Assembly: GCA_963514005.1 (NCBI GenBank)
Contig: OY740795.1
Location: forward strand, 27,590,001-27,654,000
Direction: 5' to 3'
From: Raja brachyura
Taxonomy: Eukaryota
Length of the DNA stretch: 64,000 nt
Part shown: piece after piece, positions 61,311 through 64,000 of the stretch
Position numbering within the stretch: the stretch's first letter is position 1
How the letters are laid out: every line of letters begins with the position of its first letter
The notes under the pieces: generated by a model
The model's input: only the letters and a program-made list of their open reading frames with translations
Databases searched by the model: none
Told to the model about the DNA's origin: nothing
Translations under genes and position numbers: made by a program

Positions 61311-62401
61311 TCTCCCTGTTTGCATATTCTCCCTGTTACTCTGTGGATTTCCTCTGAATGCTCTGGTTTCCGCCCACATCCCAAACATCTTACAAACTGT
61401 TCAGCTGAGAGCCTTTTTTTTCTTATTTTAAAGAGTCAACTTTATTAGAATATAAAATATATACAAAACAAAGACTATGCAAAATCTCCTTGTACATTCT
61501 CAGTGTCTATAGATTTAATAGTGTCATACGCAGTAGTATTTGCACCTAACCTTAAGGAAAACACTCTTACCATGTGATGATGATGATACATTACTGTCAC
61601 ATGTACCGATGTACGTAAGCACAGTACGTATGCATTGTTATGCATACAATCCAGTAAAATCATGCTATAGATAAGCACAACCATAGATAAGTTTCTGGCA
61701 CCAATAAACATTTAAAGTTCTCAAGAGTGCCTTATAGTAGCCTTAAAGGCCTGTTGTCCTGGCAGCACCGACCGTCTCCTCCGTCCGCCACCATCTTGAA
61801 AGCGGCCACCGCCGTTAAAGCCCTCCTCACCGGATCCCGGTCTATGGGGCCGTGTAGTAGGCGAGCCGCGGACATCTCCAGGTGAGTTCCCGGTTCCGCG
61901 GAGGGATTTACACAGCGGGCGCAGAGCAGTGTTGAGGGAGTCTGGAAAGTTTAATGGTCATACAGTACACAAAAATGAATTTCACTGTACTCGGTACATG
62001 TGACAATAAAGTACCACTGAAGCATTGAATCATTGAATTGAACCATTTTCCTTTATCCAAGTAGTCTTCTGTGTCAGTGGGACAGCAAGGGTTTTCCCAC
62101 GTTTCTCAGCCAACATTCCTTCTTCCTCAGACACTGCCCACAAGCAGCTGGTTTACTTGTTCTCTGTTGCATGGGTGCATGTCTGATACTGCAGGTGGAG
62201 AATTATTGTCCCTACTGCATGCAGAACAGTATTCATTGTGCTCCAATACAGAGTCGTAGAGTTATACAGTCCAGAAATAGCCCTTCAGGCACAACTCGTC
62301 CATGACGACCAAGATCACCATCTAAGATAGTCCCATTTGACCCATATCTCCCTTAACCTTTCCTATCCGTGTATCAGCCCAAATGTCGTCTAAATGCTGT
62401 T

Positions 62402-63880
62402 ACATAGAAAATAGGTGCAGGAGTAGGCCATTCTGCCCTTCGAGCCAGCACCGGCATTCAATGTGATCATCCACAACCAGTACCCCGTTTCTGCCTTCTC
62501 CCCGTATCCCTTGATTCCATTAGCCCCAAGAGCTCTATCTAACTCTCTTTTGAATGCATCCAGTGAATCAGCCTCCACTGCCTTCAGTGGCAGAGAATTC
62601 CACAAATTCACAACTCTCTGGGTGAAAAGGTTTTTCTGCATTTCAGTTCTAAATGGCCTACCCCTTATTCTTAAACTGTGACCCCTGGTTCTGGACTCCC
62701 CCAACATCGGGAACGTGTTTCCTGCATCTAGCTTGTCAAATCCCTTAATTATTTTATATGTTTCTATAAGATCCCCTCTTATCCTTCTAAATTCCAGTGA
62801 ATACAAGCCCAATCGTTCCATTCTTTCATCATATGACAGTCCCGCCATCCTGGGAATTAACCTCGTTAACCTACGCTGCACTCCTTCAACAGCGAGAATG
62901 TCATTCCTCAAATTAGGGGACCAAACCTGTACACAATACTCCAGGTGTGGTCTCACCAGGGCCCCGTACAACTGCAGAAGGACCTCTTTGCTCCTGTACT
63001 CAAATCATCTCGTTATGAAGGCCAACATGCCATTAGCTTTCTTCACTGCCTGCTGTATCTGCATGCTTACTTTCAGTGACTGATGTACAAAGACACCCAG
63101 GTCTCGTTGCACTTCCCCTTTTCCTAATCTGACACCATTCTCATAATAATCTGCCTTCTTGTTCTTGCCACCAAAGTGGATAACTTCACATTTATCCACA
63201 TTATACTGCAGCTGCCATGCAACTGCCCACTCACCCAACCTATCCAATTCACCCTGCATCCTCATAGCATCCTATTCACAGTTCACACTGCCACCCAGCT
63301 TTATGTCATCTGAAAATTTGCTAATGTGACTTTTAATTCCTTCATCTAAAATCATTAATATATATTGTAAATAGCTGCAGTCCCAGCACTGAGCCATGCA
63401 GCACCCCAGTAGTCACTGCCTGCCATTCTGAAAGGGGCCTGTTAATTCCTACTCTTTGTTTTGTGTCTGTCAACCAATTTTCTATCCATATCAATTCCCT
63501 AACCCCAATACCATGTGCTATAATTTTGCCTACTAATCTCGTGTGGGCTTTCTCGAAGGCTTTCTGAAAGTCCAGATACACTACATCCATTGACTCTCCC
63601 TTGTCCATTTTCTTTTTCACATCCTCACAAAATTCCAGAAGATTAGTCAAGCAAGATTTCCCCTTCATAAATCTATGCTGACTTGGACCGATGCGCTGCT
63701 TTTACATATTTAATAATCAACTGCAGCGTCATCCCCACCGACGATGTCAGGCTAACTGGTCTATAATTTCCTGTTTTCTCTCTCCCTCCTTTCTTAAAAA
63801 GTGGGATAATATTAGCTATCCTCCAATCCACAGAAACTGATCCAGAATCTATAGAACATTGAAAAATGATCACCAACCTG
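62402..63880 (-). mobile_element. CR1-type LINE (RT and 3' end)
   Basis: ORFs with FKKGG..GNYRPVSLTS, CLTNLLEF, YLDFQKAF and LVRPHLEYC; inserted in an older CR1 3' remnant. Confidence 0.95.
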
Positions 63881-64000
63881 TTTTTTGTACCTGCATCAAC
63901 CATTTCCTTTGTATGCTCTGCATGAAAAGTTGCTTGTCAGGTTCCAATTTAATTTTTCCCTCTAACAATAAACCTATGCCTTCTAGTTCTTGATTCCCCA

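Overview
Vertebrate genomic DNA, not prokaryotic. The repeat complement points to a cartilaginous fish, probably a skate or ray (inference). The window is intronic or intergenic, and I found no intact protein-coding gene. Nearly all protein-like ORFs in the track come from transposable elements: many CR1-type LINE fragments (one about 3.4 kb with ORF1 esterase, endonuclease and RT), tRNA-headed SINEs, ancient Deu-type SINE remnants, a decayed Gypsy LTR element (LTRs, 5-bp TSD, tRNA-Ser PBS, PPT) with a nested CR1, two Tc1 transposons, pogo and hAT MITEs, and a Tx1/L1 3' end. The most interesting signal is about 15 short Penelope-like pLTR inserts. They carry a minimal hammerhead-ribozyme core (CTGAAGA-stem II-GAAA-CG-TC), many have 8-15 bp TSDs, and several are fold-backs. 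One very young copy (56784-56998) has two tandem ribozyme cores joined to (AGGGTT)7 telomeric repeat inside a 14-bp TSD. A TE-poor, homeodomain-site-rich stretch (about 9.4-15.7 kb) and several candidate small exons suggest a large intron of an unidentified + strand gene. All coordinates were read by eye and element boundaries are approximate unless fixed by a TSD or TIR.
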